Shown here one piece after another: positions 21,241 to 30,498 of a stretch of DNA of 64,000 nt. Where the stretch lies: positions 288,001 through 352,000 of the forward strand of contig CAWECG010000004.1 of the NCBI GenBank assembly GCA_963807605.1, in the 5' to 3' direction. The notes beneath the pieces are model-generated. The model did not search any database. It worked only from the letters and a program-made list of their open reading frames with translations, and was not told the origin of the DNA. The DNA comes from Candidatus Bathyarchaeota archaeon (lineage in GTDB: Archaea; Thermoproteota; Bathyarchaeia; 40CM-2-53-6; RBG-13-38-9). Numbering within the stretch: position 1 is the first letter of the stretch; each line of letters starts with the position of its first letter. The position numbers and the translations under genes were made by a program.

Positions 21241-22587
21241 CCTGGTCAAAGAACCTGCTGAATCATGTCCCGTTGCCAAGTCTTGTTTCAACTCCATGAG
21301 CCAGCGAGGAAAAAGTAAGGGATCCTCTGGAAATCTCCTGCAGTGTGACGATACAGCATCCATTCTTCGCTTTAGTGTCAGAAGACTAAACAAGAGGCGT
21401 GTCCGATAAGACATCTTAAAGAAAATGCCTGCCTTGTTTCGTGAAGACAGTTCTCCGAAGAGATCTCCTGAATGGTACTCTCGTCTTATTCCAAGTGCCT
21501 TGAAGAACTCGGCCATCTGTTGGGACTTGAGACCTCGAATGAAATCACTAAGCACCTTGTTTGTTGTGTATCTGCATCCTTGTCTCTTCATGTATTCGAC
21601 GTTAAACTTCCAAAGGGCTTTGGTCGAAGTGTCGTCCTTTTCCAGACAAGCGGATGCAATGTCGCCTGCGATTCTCGCTGCGCCCATGGCGGGCCCGATA
21701 CCGTCTCCGTTGAGTGGATTTGCGTGATAAGCGGCATCACCGATGGCCAAGAACCCGTCAGCGACGGCATTTGGCAATGGTTGACGAAGCGGAACTAGAC
21801 CGATTTCGGATCTGACGAATTCAGAACCTTTCAAAGCTGGGTTCTCTTGAACGAATCTGTTGAAATTTGATTGGAGTTGTGTTGATGTAGTCTCATGTCT
21901 CCAAGGGATGAGAAGACCGGTATTGACCACGTTGCCCTGTTTGGGTATAATCCAGCAGTATCCGCCGGGGGCCACATCCCAATCATAGTGTAGTGAGCAG
22001 TAATCTTCAAACTTCTCAGTGAGCCGGCGATACTCTCTGTATCCAAGGCCGATGTCGAAGCGATTCACGGTCCCGGAGACAGTCCAAGACGCCGGAAGGG
22101 TAGTCCTTACCGCTCCTACAATCCCTGTCGCGTCAACTGTTATTGGAGCTTTGAAGATTTTCGTATCTCCGGCGTGCTTGGAGACCACGCCTATGACTCG
22201 GCCACCCTCCAACACAGCCTTCGTTACCCTGTGTTCTGAAAATAGTTCTACGCCTTTGTCTTGAGCCTCCTGCAAGAGATGTTGACCGAAGGCATGCCTG
22301 TTCAGTGTAAATCCTTTGCCATAAATTGTGAATGTCGGTTCATCCGTCCCCGTGTAGAACCTGACGCCTTGAACAGTCCTTTCCACCTCTGTAGTTGGAG
22401 GGTCTATGCCCGCCTCGTGGAAGTCGTGGAGTCCCACACCGTCCCCGCAGACCTTGAGCCCTATCAGAGAACTCTTTTTGGACTCGACGAGAGCAACTCG
22501 AAAGCCATTGCGAGATATCAATCTTGATACAATTGAGCCGCCTATGCCCGAACCTGCAACCACTGCCTCGAACTTGTATTCGGTCAA
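21211..22587 (-). CDS. Geranylgeranyl reductase-family FAD oxidoreductase
   Basis: Motifs AGSGIGG, KVCGDG, VDATG, GYCWIIPK and IGDAA..ANPLNGDGI. Confidence 0.88.
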   Translation of the reverse strand: MTEYKFEAVVAGSGIGGSIVSRLISRNGFRVALVESKKSSLIGLKVCGDGVGLHDFHEAGIDPPTTEVERTVQGVRFYTGTDEPTFTIYGKGFTLNRHAFGQHLLQEAQDKGVELFSEHRVTKAVLEGGRVIGVVSKHAGDTKIFKAPITVDATGIVGAVRTTLPASWTVSGTVNRFDIGLGYREYRRLTEKFEDYCSLHYDWDVAPGGYCWIIPKQGNVVNTGLLIPWRHETTSTQLQSNFNRFVQENPALKGSEFVRSEIGLVPLRQPLPNAVADGFLAIGDAAYHANPLNGDGIGPAMGAARIAGDIASACLEKDDTSTKALWKFNVEYMKRQGCRYTTNKVLSDFIRGLKSQQMAEFFKALGIRREYHSGDLFGELSSRNKAGIFFKMSYRTRLLFSLLTLKRRMDAVSSHCRRFPEDPLLFPRWLMELKQDLATGHDSAGSLTRSTSPQVEDT

Positions 22588-22668
22588 TTTGGCTCCATTG
22601 ATAATAGTACTTCAGGTATTTCTCCTTAACAAGAACCCGACTCAAAAATTGTGGATGAGATCCTCGTC

Positions 22669-23928
22669 CTAAACATATCTAGTGTAAGTTGCTATTTGAT
22701 CGGAGATTTTGTACATCTTGCAACTGCCCAAAGATACAGCTGTCTTCAATAGGCTATTAGCGGTACGTTCATGCAAAAACCATTTTCTTATGGCAAACAT
22801 TCGCAGAATCTTCGCGCCGAATATCAGCGCATCTACGTCTATTGTTTGGCCTAACTCTTTCGCTTCCAAAAGAGGGTTGATCCCTTGGAGGAAAATCAGA
22901 TCGGCTAACTGAAGAGCCTCCTGTATTGCCTCGCGTTCCACTAGAATTTTTTGAAGATCCTTTCTATCCCGACTCAAGTCATGTTCGTCTATCTTGCCCC
23001 TATCTAGAGCAAGAAGGGGGACGCTATTCAATATCCCTAGTTTGAGATCCTCTTCTAGATCGGCAATGTCGTCATACAAGTTGCAACCCTTGAAGAAATA
23101 GTCAGCTGCTCTCCTGACGCAAGAAGCTGACTTTAATTCATTCTGATCAAGTCCACTCAGCGACCTTTCTAGAAAGCAGAAGTCTATGTCAACCCATATC
23201 TTGCCGACGCTCTTCTCGTTGACCTTCTGAATATAGTCTTGGATTGTCATGTGTGCGCCCGAGCCGGCGGCCTTCTGATCCATAGATCTTATCTGGCCAT
23301 TTATGTAATCCGCGAAATCTCTGAGATAGATTTGCATCGTGTCTGAAGTCCGATTCAAGTTTCGACTTACCAAGTCATAGGTCCATCGTGCCATTTTCAT
23401 GCAGGAATTCTCAGCGCTTTTCAGAAAGTTGTCGGCAGCATCAAAATCAAAAGACTCTTCTGTAAACGCCCTCAAGTGCTCGTACTGAGAATCAACAGCT
23501 CTCTCCTTGTCACACAGTCGATCATGAATGTTGTCCAGTACTTTGATACTGGTAATCGCCGATGTCTTCGCCAACATGGAGGATAGAATCTGGAAATGAT
23601 TCGCAGATTTCGCAAGTACTGGTAGAGAAGTCAAAACTGATAGGTAAGCCCCATAATAATAGTGCTTTTTCTTAAGCAGTCTGTGAAAACGAAGCTCATC
23701 AGGCGAAAGGCAAAGGGTCTCATCCAACCCAGTTACGAGTCGTTGTCTAAAGATATCCACTGACTCTGCCACTAGCCTGACGCTGTTTGGGAATTTGGTC
23801 GATTTGAACCGGTTCATACACATGAGCAAAGAAATTGCTGACGCCTTATACAGTAAACTGGTCCCCTCATTCCTACCGGTAGTTGGTTCTGAACCGCTCT
23901 CCATCACGACGCGAGCGTAGGCTGGCAA
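22669..23928 (-). CDS. Class I isoprenoid synthase-fold enzyme (prenyltransferase/terpene synthase-like)
   Basis: Asp-rich motifs LDNIHD and YDDIADLEED, with GQ..D and KS between them. TTG start follows an AGGTGA RBS. Confidence 0.7.
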   Translation of the reverse strand: MPAYARVVMESGSEPTTGRNEGTSLLYKASAISLLMCMNRFKSTKFPNSVRLVAESVDIFRQRLVTGLDETLCLSPDELRFHRLLKKKHYYYGAYLSVLTSLPVLAKSANHFQILSSMLAKTSAITSIKVLDNIHDRLCDKERAVDSQYEHLRAFTEESFDFDAADNFLKSAENSCMKMARWTYDLVSRNLNRTSDTMQIYLRDFADYINGQIRSMDQKAAGSGAHMTIQDYIQKVNEKSVGKIWVDIDFCFLERSLSGLDQNELKSASCVRRAADYFFKGCNLYDDIADLEEDLKLGILNSVPLLALDRGKIDEHDLSRDRKDLQKILVEREAIQEALQLADLIFLQGINPLLEAKELGQTIDVDALIFGAKILRMFAIRKWFLHERTANSLLKTAVSLGSCKMYKISDQIATYTRYV

Positions 23929-24391
23929 AAATTCACCTGAATAATGGGTCCACTGCACCGAGAAGATAAGCTACTGTAACCATACCACCGCCATACAGCA
24001 TCATCTGTGACACAATCCTGTGTCATCTATGTGGCACTAATTCACGTTGCTATGTCAACTTCATATTTAACAGTTATTATTATCGACTTTTCTCGACTTG
24101 GCACCGGTCCGCCACACTGTGCCATAAGGACTTGGAAAGAAGCCGTGAAAGTTGGTCTTTAGATTCATCTTCGAGGCCTGCTTCCGCTCCCAAGTACTAT
24201 AGCAGTTGCGAGTGTTTCGGTGAAAAAGGGAATAGTGGAAGGTGGGTTTCGTTCTACCGGTAGAATGATTCGAATAGATCTCCCACAGTTGATTGAGAGC
24301 TTAGGCAAAGGCGCAAACTTTTTTCGAATGAAAAGAGGTATTTAGAGGCACTGGACAGCATTCTATTCTGTCGGAACATTGGTGTTGTTCG

Positions 24392-25603
24392 GTGGGACGC
24401 CTCGTCGGGATTGTGGGAAAGCCAAACGTAGGCAAATCAACTTTCTTTACAGCGGCAACCATGGTCAGCGTACCTATTGCAGCCTATCCCTTCACCACCA
24501 TCAAACCAAATCGCGGTATAGGTTACGTTCGGGCCGACTGTGTCTGCAAAGAGTTCGGAGTCAAGGATGAACCTGTCAACTCCTTCTGCAAAGACGGTGT
24601 TAGATTGATTCCAGTGGAGCTTGTTGACTGTGCGGGGTTAGTTCCCGATGCTTGGCAAGGTAGAGGACTCGGAAACCAGTTTCTTGACGAGATAATGACT
24701 GCCGATATGCTGATTCACGTTATCGATGCGTCCGGCGGGACAAATCTAGAAGGCAAAATGTGCGAAGCCGGAACTCACGATCCTATGGAAGACGTGACTT
24801 TTTTAGAGCATGAACTGGATATGTGGTTACTTCGAATTCTCAAAAGAAATTGGGAAAAAATAGCTCGACAAGCAAAGGTTTCGAAGGATGACCTCATTGA
24901 GGACTTAATGGAACGCATGAGTGGGCTTTCCATCACGCGTGGATCGATAGAAGATGCTCTTAGGGAATCGCAACTTGATGTAGGAAGAATTTCCTGCTGG
25001 TCTGATACTGATTTGGTCACACTTGTCCACAGAATACGATTGCTTTCCAAACCGATGATGATCGTCGCAAACAAGATCGATCTACACGAGGCGAGAGAGA
25101 ATCTAACACGACTCTCAACCACAGGTTACAAAGTTACAGCTTGCTCAGCTGAGGCAGAGCTGGCACTAAGAAGATCAAGAGAGAAGAACCTCACCGACTA
25201 TATTCCAGGAGACAGTGACTTCAGAATACTTAATCGTGAGTCGTTAACGCAGGAACAGTCGAGAGCTCTGGAGAAAATAAAGAAGGAGATTCTGGAGCCA
25301 TTTTGTTCTACGGGGGTCCAGGAAGCGATGAATTTCGCTTTTCTCAAGCTTCTCGGAATGGTAGTAGTTTATCCAGTTGAGAATGCTGAGAGTCTCACAG
25401 ATCATAAAGGGAGAGTGCTTCCTGATGCTTATCTTGTACCCCCCGGAACAACAGCCAAGGAATTTGCGAGCATGGTGCATTCCGATCTTGGCAAAGGCTT
25501 CCTTTACGCTACCGAGGCTAGGTCTGGGAAAAGGGTGGGAGAAGAGTACGTCGTAAGAGACAGAGATGTCCTGTCAATAACCAGTGCTTCGAGAAGAGGC
25601 TAG
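24392..25603 (+). CDS. ychF: Redox-regulated ATPase YchF (archaeal OBG family)
   Basis: Motifs GKPNVGKST, YPFTTI, DCAGL, GLGNQFL and NKID; C-terminal TGS domain. Confidence 0.95.
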   Translation: MGRLVGIVGKPNVGKSTFFTAATMVSVPIAAYPFTTIKPNRGIGYVRADCVCKEFGVKDEPVNSFCKDGVRLIPVELVDCAGLVPDAWQGRGLGNQFLDEIMTADMLIHVIDASGGTNLEGKMCEAGTHDPMEDVTFLEHELDMWLLRILKRNWEKIARQAKVSKDDLIEDLMERMSGLSITRGSIEDALRESQLDVGRISCWSDTDLVTLVHRIRLLSKPMMIVANKIDLHEARENLTRLSTTGYKVTACSAEAELALRRSREKNLTDYIPGDSDFRILNRESLTQEQSRALEKIKKEILEPFCSTGVQEAMNFAFLKLLGMVVVYPVENAESLTDHKGRVLPDAYLVPPGTTAKEFASMVHSDLGKGFLYATEARSGKRVGEEYVVRDRDVLSITSASRRG

Positions 25604-25613
25604 CGAACGCAAA

Positions 25614-26099
25614 TTACTCCGTATGCGTGTCCACGATCGATAGGTTTCTGAAACGTTCGGTGGCGACCTTGGCTAGCTTCCTGAAGAAACTCTTGTTTAG
25701 TCTCTTTCCTTTGTTGGTTCCAACGCAGCCCCCTCGAGCCAGTGTGATCTTTACCAAGTCTTCCTCACTTTTCATTTCGAATGGATAATATCGGCAGACA
25801 AGGGGCCTATTAGGATAAATCTGACAAACGGTTCCTTCCAGGAACCGGCATTTCCCACCGTCCTTTCGCATCTCATATCGGTACGGGCCGTTTGATGAAT
25901 GTGTCGCTAATTCTTCCACTGGAATGTCCGTTCTTCTTGAGATCTCGGATACCTCTGCCGGAAGTAAGCGTATGCGCCTTGCGTGGCCGGCTGTGTCTTG
26001 GCAACAAAGGCCACATCTCTGGCATTCCCAGCTGACATCGTCAGGATATGAAACGTCATACCCGAGAACTGAGAAGGGACCCCCTTTCCTTATGGTCAT
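25614..26099 (-). CDS. YkgJ/CxxCxxCC cysteine-cluster protein
   Basis: Motifs CQRCGLCC, CRFL and CQIYPNRPLVCRYYPF. Confidence 0.9.
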   Translation of the reverse strand: MTIRKGGPFSVLGYDVSYPDDVSWECQRCGLCCQDTAGHARRIRLLPAEVSEISRRTDIPVEELATHSSNGPYRYEMRKDGGKCRFLEGTVCQIYPNRPLVCRYYPFEMKSEEDLVKITLARGGCVGTNKGKRLNKSFFRKLAKVATERFRNLSIVDTHTE

Positions 26100-26149
26100 C
26101 TTGCCCTGCCTAAGAACGCCAAACGCTTACGTTTTAACAGAGTCTTCTC

Positions 26150-26326
26150 TTACCTGGCCTTTACGTGTTTGACTATGGGGGCTCGACACTTTTTCAGCAC
26201 TCTGTAGCCACAGATAGGGCATTTGACCTCTGGGGTCACCGATAGTTGTTCGGAAGTGACCTTTGCATTACAGTTGATGCATTCGTAAGTCATTCCCGCC
26301 CCAGTTTTTTTCTCTGTAGGTTCCAT
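26150..26326 (-). CDS. rpo12: DNA-directed RNA polymerase subunit P (Rpo12); absent from the ORF track
   Basis: Manual translation gives MEPTEKKTGAGMTYECINCNAKVTSEQLSVTPEVKCPICGYRVLKKCRAPIVKHVKAR. An alternative start lies at 26293. Confidence 0.92.
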   Translation of the reverse strand: MEPTEKKTGAGMTYECINCNAKVTSEQLSVTPEVKCPICGYRVLKKCRAPIVKHVKAR

Positions 26327-26764
26327 ATGTAGAGTCGTTCCTCAAAGCGCAATGGCCAAAATTAAAGGTATTGTTTCGGGCTCGGCTAAACTGGATCCGC
26401 TGCGTGCGGACATGCGTGATTTTCCCCGGGTTTGACAAGGCTATTTCTTGGTTATAGTCGTGGGTATTATTCGCATGATGATCTCGTTGTCTGAGTCTCA
26501 TGACCAGAGCGTCGTCGTCTTGGATCGCGAAAGAACGTAGAGAAACAAGCATCTCTAAAAAGGCAAAGGTCAAACATGCGGCGACATCATGAACTCGTTG
26601 ATCGAGCATGACAGAGCTGACATGCTTTAGAAGTCTAGGAGCTCAGGATAAAGTTGACAAAACCAGGAGCCTTGTTCACGAGATTTGATATAATGCAAGA
26701 GTACAACTCAGCCGTGGGCGTCAAAGGTTTTGTAAAGCATAATGCCAGACTATTAGGGTGGTCT

Positions 26765-27553
26765 ATGAAAGTGCGTTTCGACGTGGTCGGAGACATAGCC
26801 ATAATCAAAAGTTCGACGCAAGAGGCAGAGACGCTGATAGCAGAGTCAATTTTGCGGAATAACCGTCGGTTAAGGGTTGTTCTGGCCCAATCTGGGCCTG
26901 TCCAAGGAACGTTTCGCCTTCGCGAATTAAGGCCAGTGGCTGGAGAGAAAAGAACGACTACTGTTCACCGTGAGAACGGATGCATCTTCCACATAGACTT
27001 GGCTACTACGCATTTCTCTCCGAGGCTGGTTCACGAGCGTAGACTAGTTTCAGAGAGTGTCGGCCTGGGAGAGAGTGTCCTAAATATGTTCGGTGGCGCC
27101 GGGACTTTCTCCATTGAGATAGCCAAGAAGAATCCGTCATCCACAGTCTACAACGTAGATATCAACCCAGATGCCATACGAATGACTTTGAAGAATGTGC
27201 TGAGTAACAGACTTAGAGGAAAAGTCATAGCAGTCCTCGCTGATGCCAAGGAAGCAGCGATCGAGATCTTCCCTAACAGGTCAGACAGAATTCTCTTACC
27301 ACTGCCAGAGAAATCACGCGAATATTTGGATATAGCCATCTTGGCATTGAAACGCCAGGGAGTCATCCGGTACTACGATTTCGTTGATGCTGGAAAGGGA
27401 GAATATCCCGTAAGAAAAGGGTTTGAGAGAATAGCACCTTTGATCAACTGCAAAAGCGTTTTCTTTGGTGGTGGCAGGACCGTGAAAAGCGTAGCGCCAA
27501 GGAGATACCTCATCTCCCTTGAGCTTCAGAAGAGAGGCGTGAAATCTAGTTAA
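26765..27553 (+). CDS. Trm5/TYW2 (Met-10+) family SAM-dependent tRNA methyltransferase
   Basis: Motifs FDVVGDIAI, HRENG, FSPRLVHER, NMFGGAG and DINP. Confidence 0.88.
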   Translation: MKVRFDVVGDIAIIKSSTQEAETLIAESILRNNRRLRVVLAQSGPVQGTFRLRELRPVAGEKRTTTVHRENGCIFHIDLATTHFSPRLVHERRLVSESVGLGESVLNMFGGAGTFSIEIAKKNPSSTVYNVDINPDAIRMTLKNVLSNRLRGKVIAVLADAKEAAIEIFPNRSDRILLPLPEKSREYLDIAILALKRQGVIRYYDFVDAGKGEYPVRKGFERIAPLINCKSVFFGGGRTVKSVAPRRYLISLELQKRGVKSS

Positions 27554-27614
27554 ACACAGCTTGAAACTCAAGACGTGCTAGTATAATCGAGTTGTTCCTG
27601 CAAATCTAGGGCAA

Positions 27615-27863
27615 CTAACCAAGTTGACCTGAGCAGTGAACCTGCCCCTTTATTCTTCGTACAAAACTACTACAAGTGAAACATTCCACAAAAGACTTTG
27701 TCGTCATGGTGACCGGGCATTCAACGTACTCCTTTTTCATTCTCGCTATTGTCTTGCCGCCGACGACCCCTTTGAGCTGTTCGACCTTTTCTTTTGGAAC
27801 TTTGGTGCGGGCGGTAGAGGTCTTGATCTCGATAATGTGTTCTTCGACATTCACCTTACTCAT
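27615..27863 (-). CDS. Small hypothetical protein with C-terminal four-Cys motif
   Basis: ATG start, C-x10-CxxC-x12-C, and an upstream TATA-like element. Confidence 0.65.
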   Translation of the reverse strand: MSKVNVEEHIIEIKTSTARTKVPKEKVEQLKGVVGGKTIARMKKEYVECPVTMTTKSFVECFTCSSFVRRIKGQVHCSGQLG

Positions 27864-28239
27864 TCAGACATCATTTCCTCGAGAAGGAATTTTCCCTGCC
27901 GTCTGCTGGGGGAAGCGGAATGATATCTCATGTAAAGCATTTCAGATGACGCCTTAGTACCGTGGAGAATGAATATAAGGTTGTTTGCCACTGCGATTCG
28001 GTCTCTTCAATTCGATTATCGAACTTTGTCGCTCGCGCGAGACATATTTTGCCTTCGGGTCTCCTGAGAGTGCAGTTAGTTTGCAAGGTTGACAGCGGGC
28101 GCTGTTGCAGCCAAAAGGAATCCACGCAAGCTCCACTTCCTGCGCATAGAAGCTTCAGTGCAATAGTCAGCTGAGGCGGAGCAAAACGAAGCGAATATAA
28201 GGTTATTAATACGATTAAGCCGACACTGTGTGAATAGAT

Positions 28240-28620
28240 TTGCGTCAAAGATTGATTCTTATCAGCACGATCGTTATTCTGGCGTTTATCGACCTAGTCA
28301 TTGAATTGCAAGTCTTGCCCTGGCTATACCGGGGCATCCCTATTCCATTTCCCGAAACCTCTAAGCCGATCGGGAATACCTTGTTTTCTGCCACTTCGTT
28401 GCACATGGCACTGATCGGGTTCGATCTGCTGGTGCTTATGTTCGTCCTTCCGAGAACGGGTTACGCGAGTCGGTCAATACCTTCCAAGAGCAGTGATTGG
28501 TTGGATCTTCTTGCATTCTTGGCTCTCGCTATTTCAGGCATCGTCATGTGGTTCTATCCGGTATTCATGTTGGTCTTCCTGAGTGCTGGGATCTATCTCT
28601 TGCTTACCGAGATGCGCTGA
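28240..28620 (+). CDS. Hypothetical multi-pass membrane protein
   Basis: About four hydrophobic segments. Confidence 0.65.
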   Translation: MRQRLILISTIVILAFIDLVIELQVLPWLYRGIPIPFPETSKPIGNTLFSATSLHMALIGFDLLVLMFVLPRTGYASRSIPSKSSDWLDLLAFLALAISGIVMWFYPVFMLVFLSAGIYLLLTEMR

Positions 28621-28622
28621 CT

Positions 28623-29585
28623 TCAGTCGAATAAATCCCTAAGTCCGATGCCCAAAAGTCCGAGGATCATCACAATGCCAACTGGGAGAGCGCGAAGAAA
28701 TCTCTTTACAGAACGGTAGTGCCAGACTCCGACTCCGATAAGGGGTGCAAGAAGCACAATAAACATGTGGTTTACCAAGCATAGTATTGGGAGAATGAGA
28801 TAGGCGCCGTAATAGGTGTAGGTTCTCCTGAGTCTCCGGGTCAGTAGCCCTTCTTTCAGTAGTAGATAATGGTATAGAGGTACCTCAGACATTCGCTTTC
28901 TCACATGATCACTGTAGCTGAATGGCTTCATGTGGGTTACCCTCATCTGGCTGTAACTCACGAGTTTGAATCCAAGCCTTTCTGCCATAGCCCCCAACCA
29001 CAGGTCGTCGGCTTTTGCAAATCGTTCATCAATTGTCCAGTCGACTCTGTCTAGTAGCTTTCTAGAGATTATTGTGCAGCCTAGGGTAATGTCGACATCG
29101 GGGGAATTAGCGGGTTGTGAATTGTCACTTGAGTAGATGTAGGGGACAGAAGCCATCCCAATAAGCAAATCTCTTTGAAGAAGCCCTACAAGGGCTTTCA
29201 TGGTTCCTTGACTTATGGCAACATCGGAATCTATGCTAACAATGTATTCCGCCTCGGTCTGTCTAGCCAGGTGGAGGCATCCATTTCTGGCTCTTGCAAT
29301 ATTGCCCTGGGATGGATGGGCCTCTCTTTGGTGGACAAGCGCATAGTACTCAAATTCGTGTACCTGTATGAAGTCTTGGAGTATTTGACTTGATGAGTCT
29401 GTCGAGCCATCGAAGAAGATCAAAGTTATCTTCTTCTTGTTGTAGGAGTCGTTGTCTATTCGCTCGAGTGTAGTTAGCAGCGTGCTTTTTCTGTTGCTAA
29501 CAGGAATGCACACTGCAATGTGGGGCCAGTTCTCCCCATGATTGCTAGCAGGATCAGTTGGATTGTGGCGTGATTCCATCAACAA
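28623..29585 (-). CDS. Glycosyltransferase family 2 with C-terminal TM segments
   Basis: Motifs VCIPV, DGSTD, ARARN, IDSD and ADDLWL. Confidence 0.88.
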   Translation of the reverse strand: MLMESRHNPTDPASNHGENWPHIAVCIPVSNRKSTLLTTLERIDNDSYNKKKITLIFFDGSTDSSSQILQDFIQVHEFEYYALVHQREAHPSQGNIARARNGCLHLARQTEAEYIVSIDSDVAISQGTMKALVGLLQRDLLIGMASVPYIYSSDNSQPANSPDVDITLGCTIISRKLLDRVDWTIDERFAKADDLWLGAMAERLGFKLVSYSQMRVTHMKPFSYSDHVRKRMSEVPLYHYLLLKEGLLTRRLRRTYTYYGAYLILPILCLVNHMFIVLLAPLIGVGVWHYRSVKRFLRALPVGIVMILGLLGIGLRDLFD

Positions 29586-30390
29586 GCCAGCCGGCGATCA
29601 TCATCCTATAGGCATCAGCTTGCCATTTAGCCACATTGATATCTCTCGTTAGAGCGTATATCCAAGCTGCCTTTGGCACTCCCAAGAGAGTAAATAGGAG
29701 AATCCTTTTCCAGCTATAGTATCCGTAAGCTCTGGCAATCTTCCCAAACTCAATTAGATCTCTTATGTTCCTAGAGCTTAGGTTTGCATAGTGATAGCAT
29801 GGTGCTGTCTTTGTGGAAACCCAAACGAATCCTTTCCTCACGATGTGCTGTTTAATGTATTCGTCTTCCCAGACATGTAATCTGGAGGGGATTCTTATGC
29901 CCCTTACAAGTTCGGTGCGAATGATCGTATCATGGAGCATGCCACGTCTTCGTCCTTCTATAAGCATCGTGTCTTCGAGGGATCTCCTGTAGAATTTTGA
30001 AACGGCAAGGCATCTTTTCAGATCGCTCGGAGCGGTCGGTATTGCGACCCCCCAGACGGCACCAGTGTTGCTTGCGATGTGTTTTCTAATCCTTGTGAAC
30101 CAATCTTTGCAGAGAACCAAGTCGCTGTCGACAAACGCAAACCAGTCAGTCTCTACTTCTTCTATTCCTTTTTCTCTCGCCGTTCCTCTGCTCCCCTCCA
30201 CTTGTATGATGGACACGTTGGGGTAGGACTTCAGAATGCGAATCGTATTATCTTCACTATGACCATCCACGACTATGAGTCTGTTAACAGGCACATTTGC
30301 GTAGATGCTTTCGAGACACATTTTGAGGAGTGGTTTTTCACTATTCCTTGTCAGGATAACTACATCTATCCGCCGAGGTTCATTGCTCAT
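29554..30390 (-). CDS. Glycosyltransferase family 2
   Basis: Motifs VVILTRN, VDGHSED, FVDSD and WED. Confidence 0.9.
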   Translation of the reverse strand: MSNEPRRIDVVILTRNSEKPLLKMCLESIYANVPVNRLIVVDGHSEDNTIRILKSYPNVSIIQVEGSRGTAREKGIEEVETDWFAFVDSDLVLCKDWFTRIRKHIASNTGAVWGVAIPTAPSDLKRCLAVSKFYRRSLEDTMLIEGRRRGMLHDTIIRTELVRGIRIPSRLHVWEDEYIKQHIVRKGFVWVSTKTAPCYHYANLSSRNIRDLIEFGKIARAYGYYSWKRILLFTLLGVPKAAWIYALTRDINVAKWQADAYRMMIAGWLVDGITPQSN

Positions 30391-30498
30391 TGAACATCCT
30401 ACTTCGATCGTTGTGGTCAGACGATGACCTTCATTCTTATAATATATGCCTATTCAGAATACCTAAACTGGTGGTCTTTGATCCCCTGGTGCCTCGCT

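Noticed and set aside
23960-24000. GGCGGTGG segment resembling the start of a fluoride riboswitch
   Set aside because: The downstream pseudoknot and consensus elements are absent.
26268-26609. 113-aa minus-strand ORF
   Set aside because: It overlaps rpo12 and its upstream region in another frame and has no protein-like motifs.
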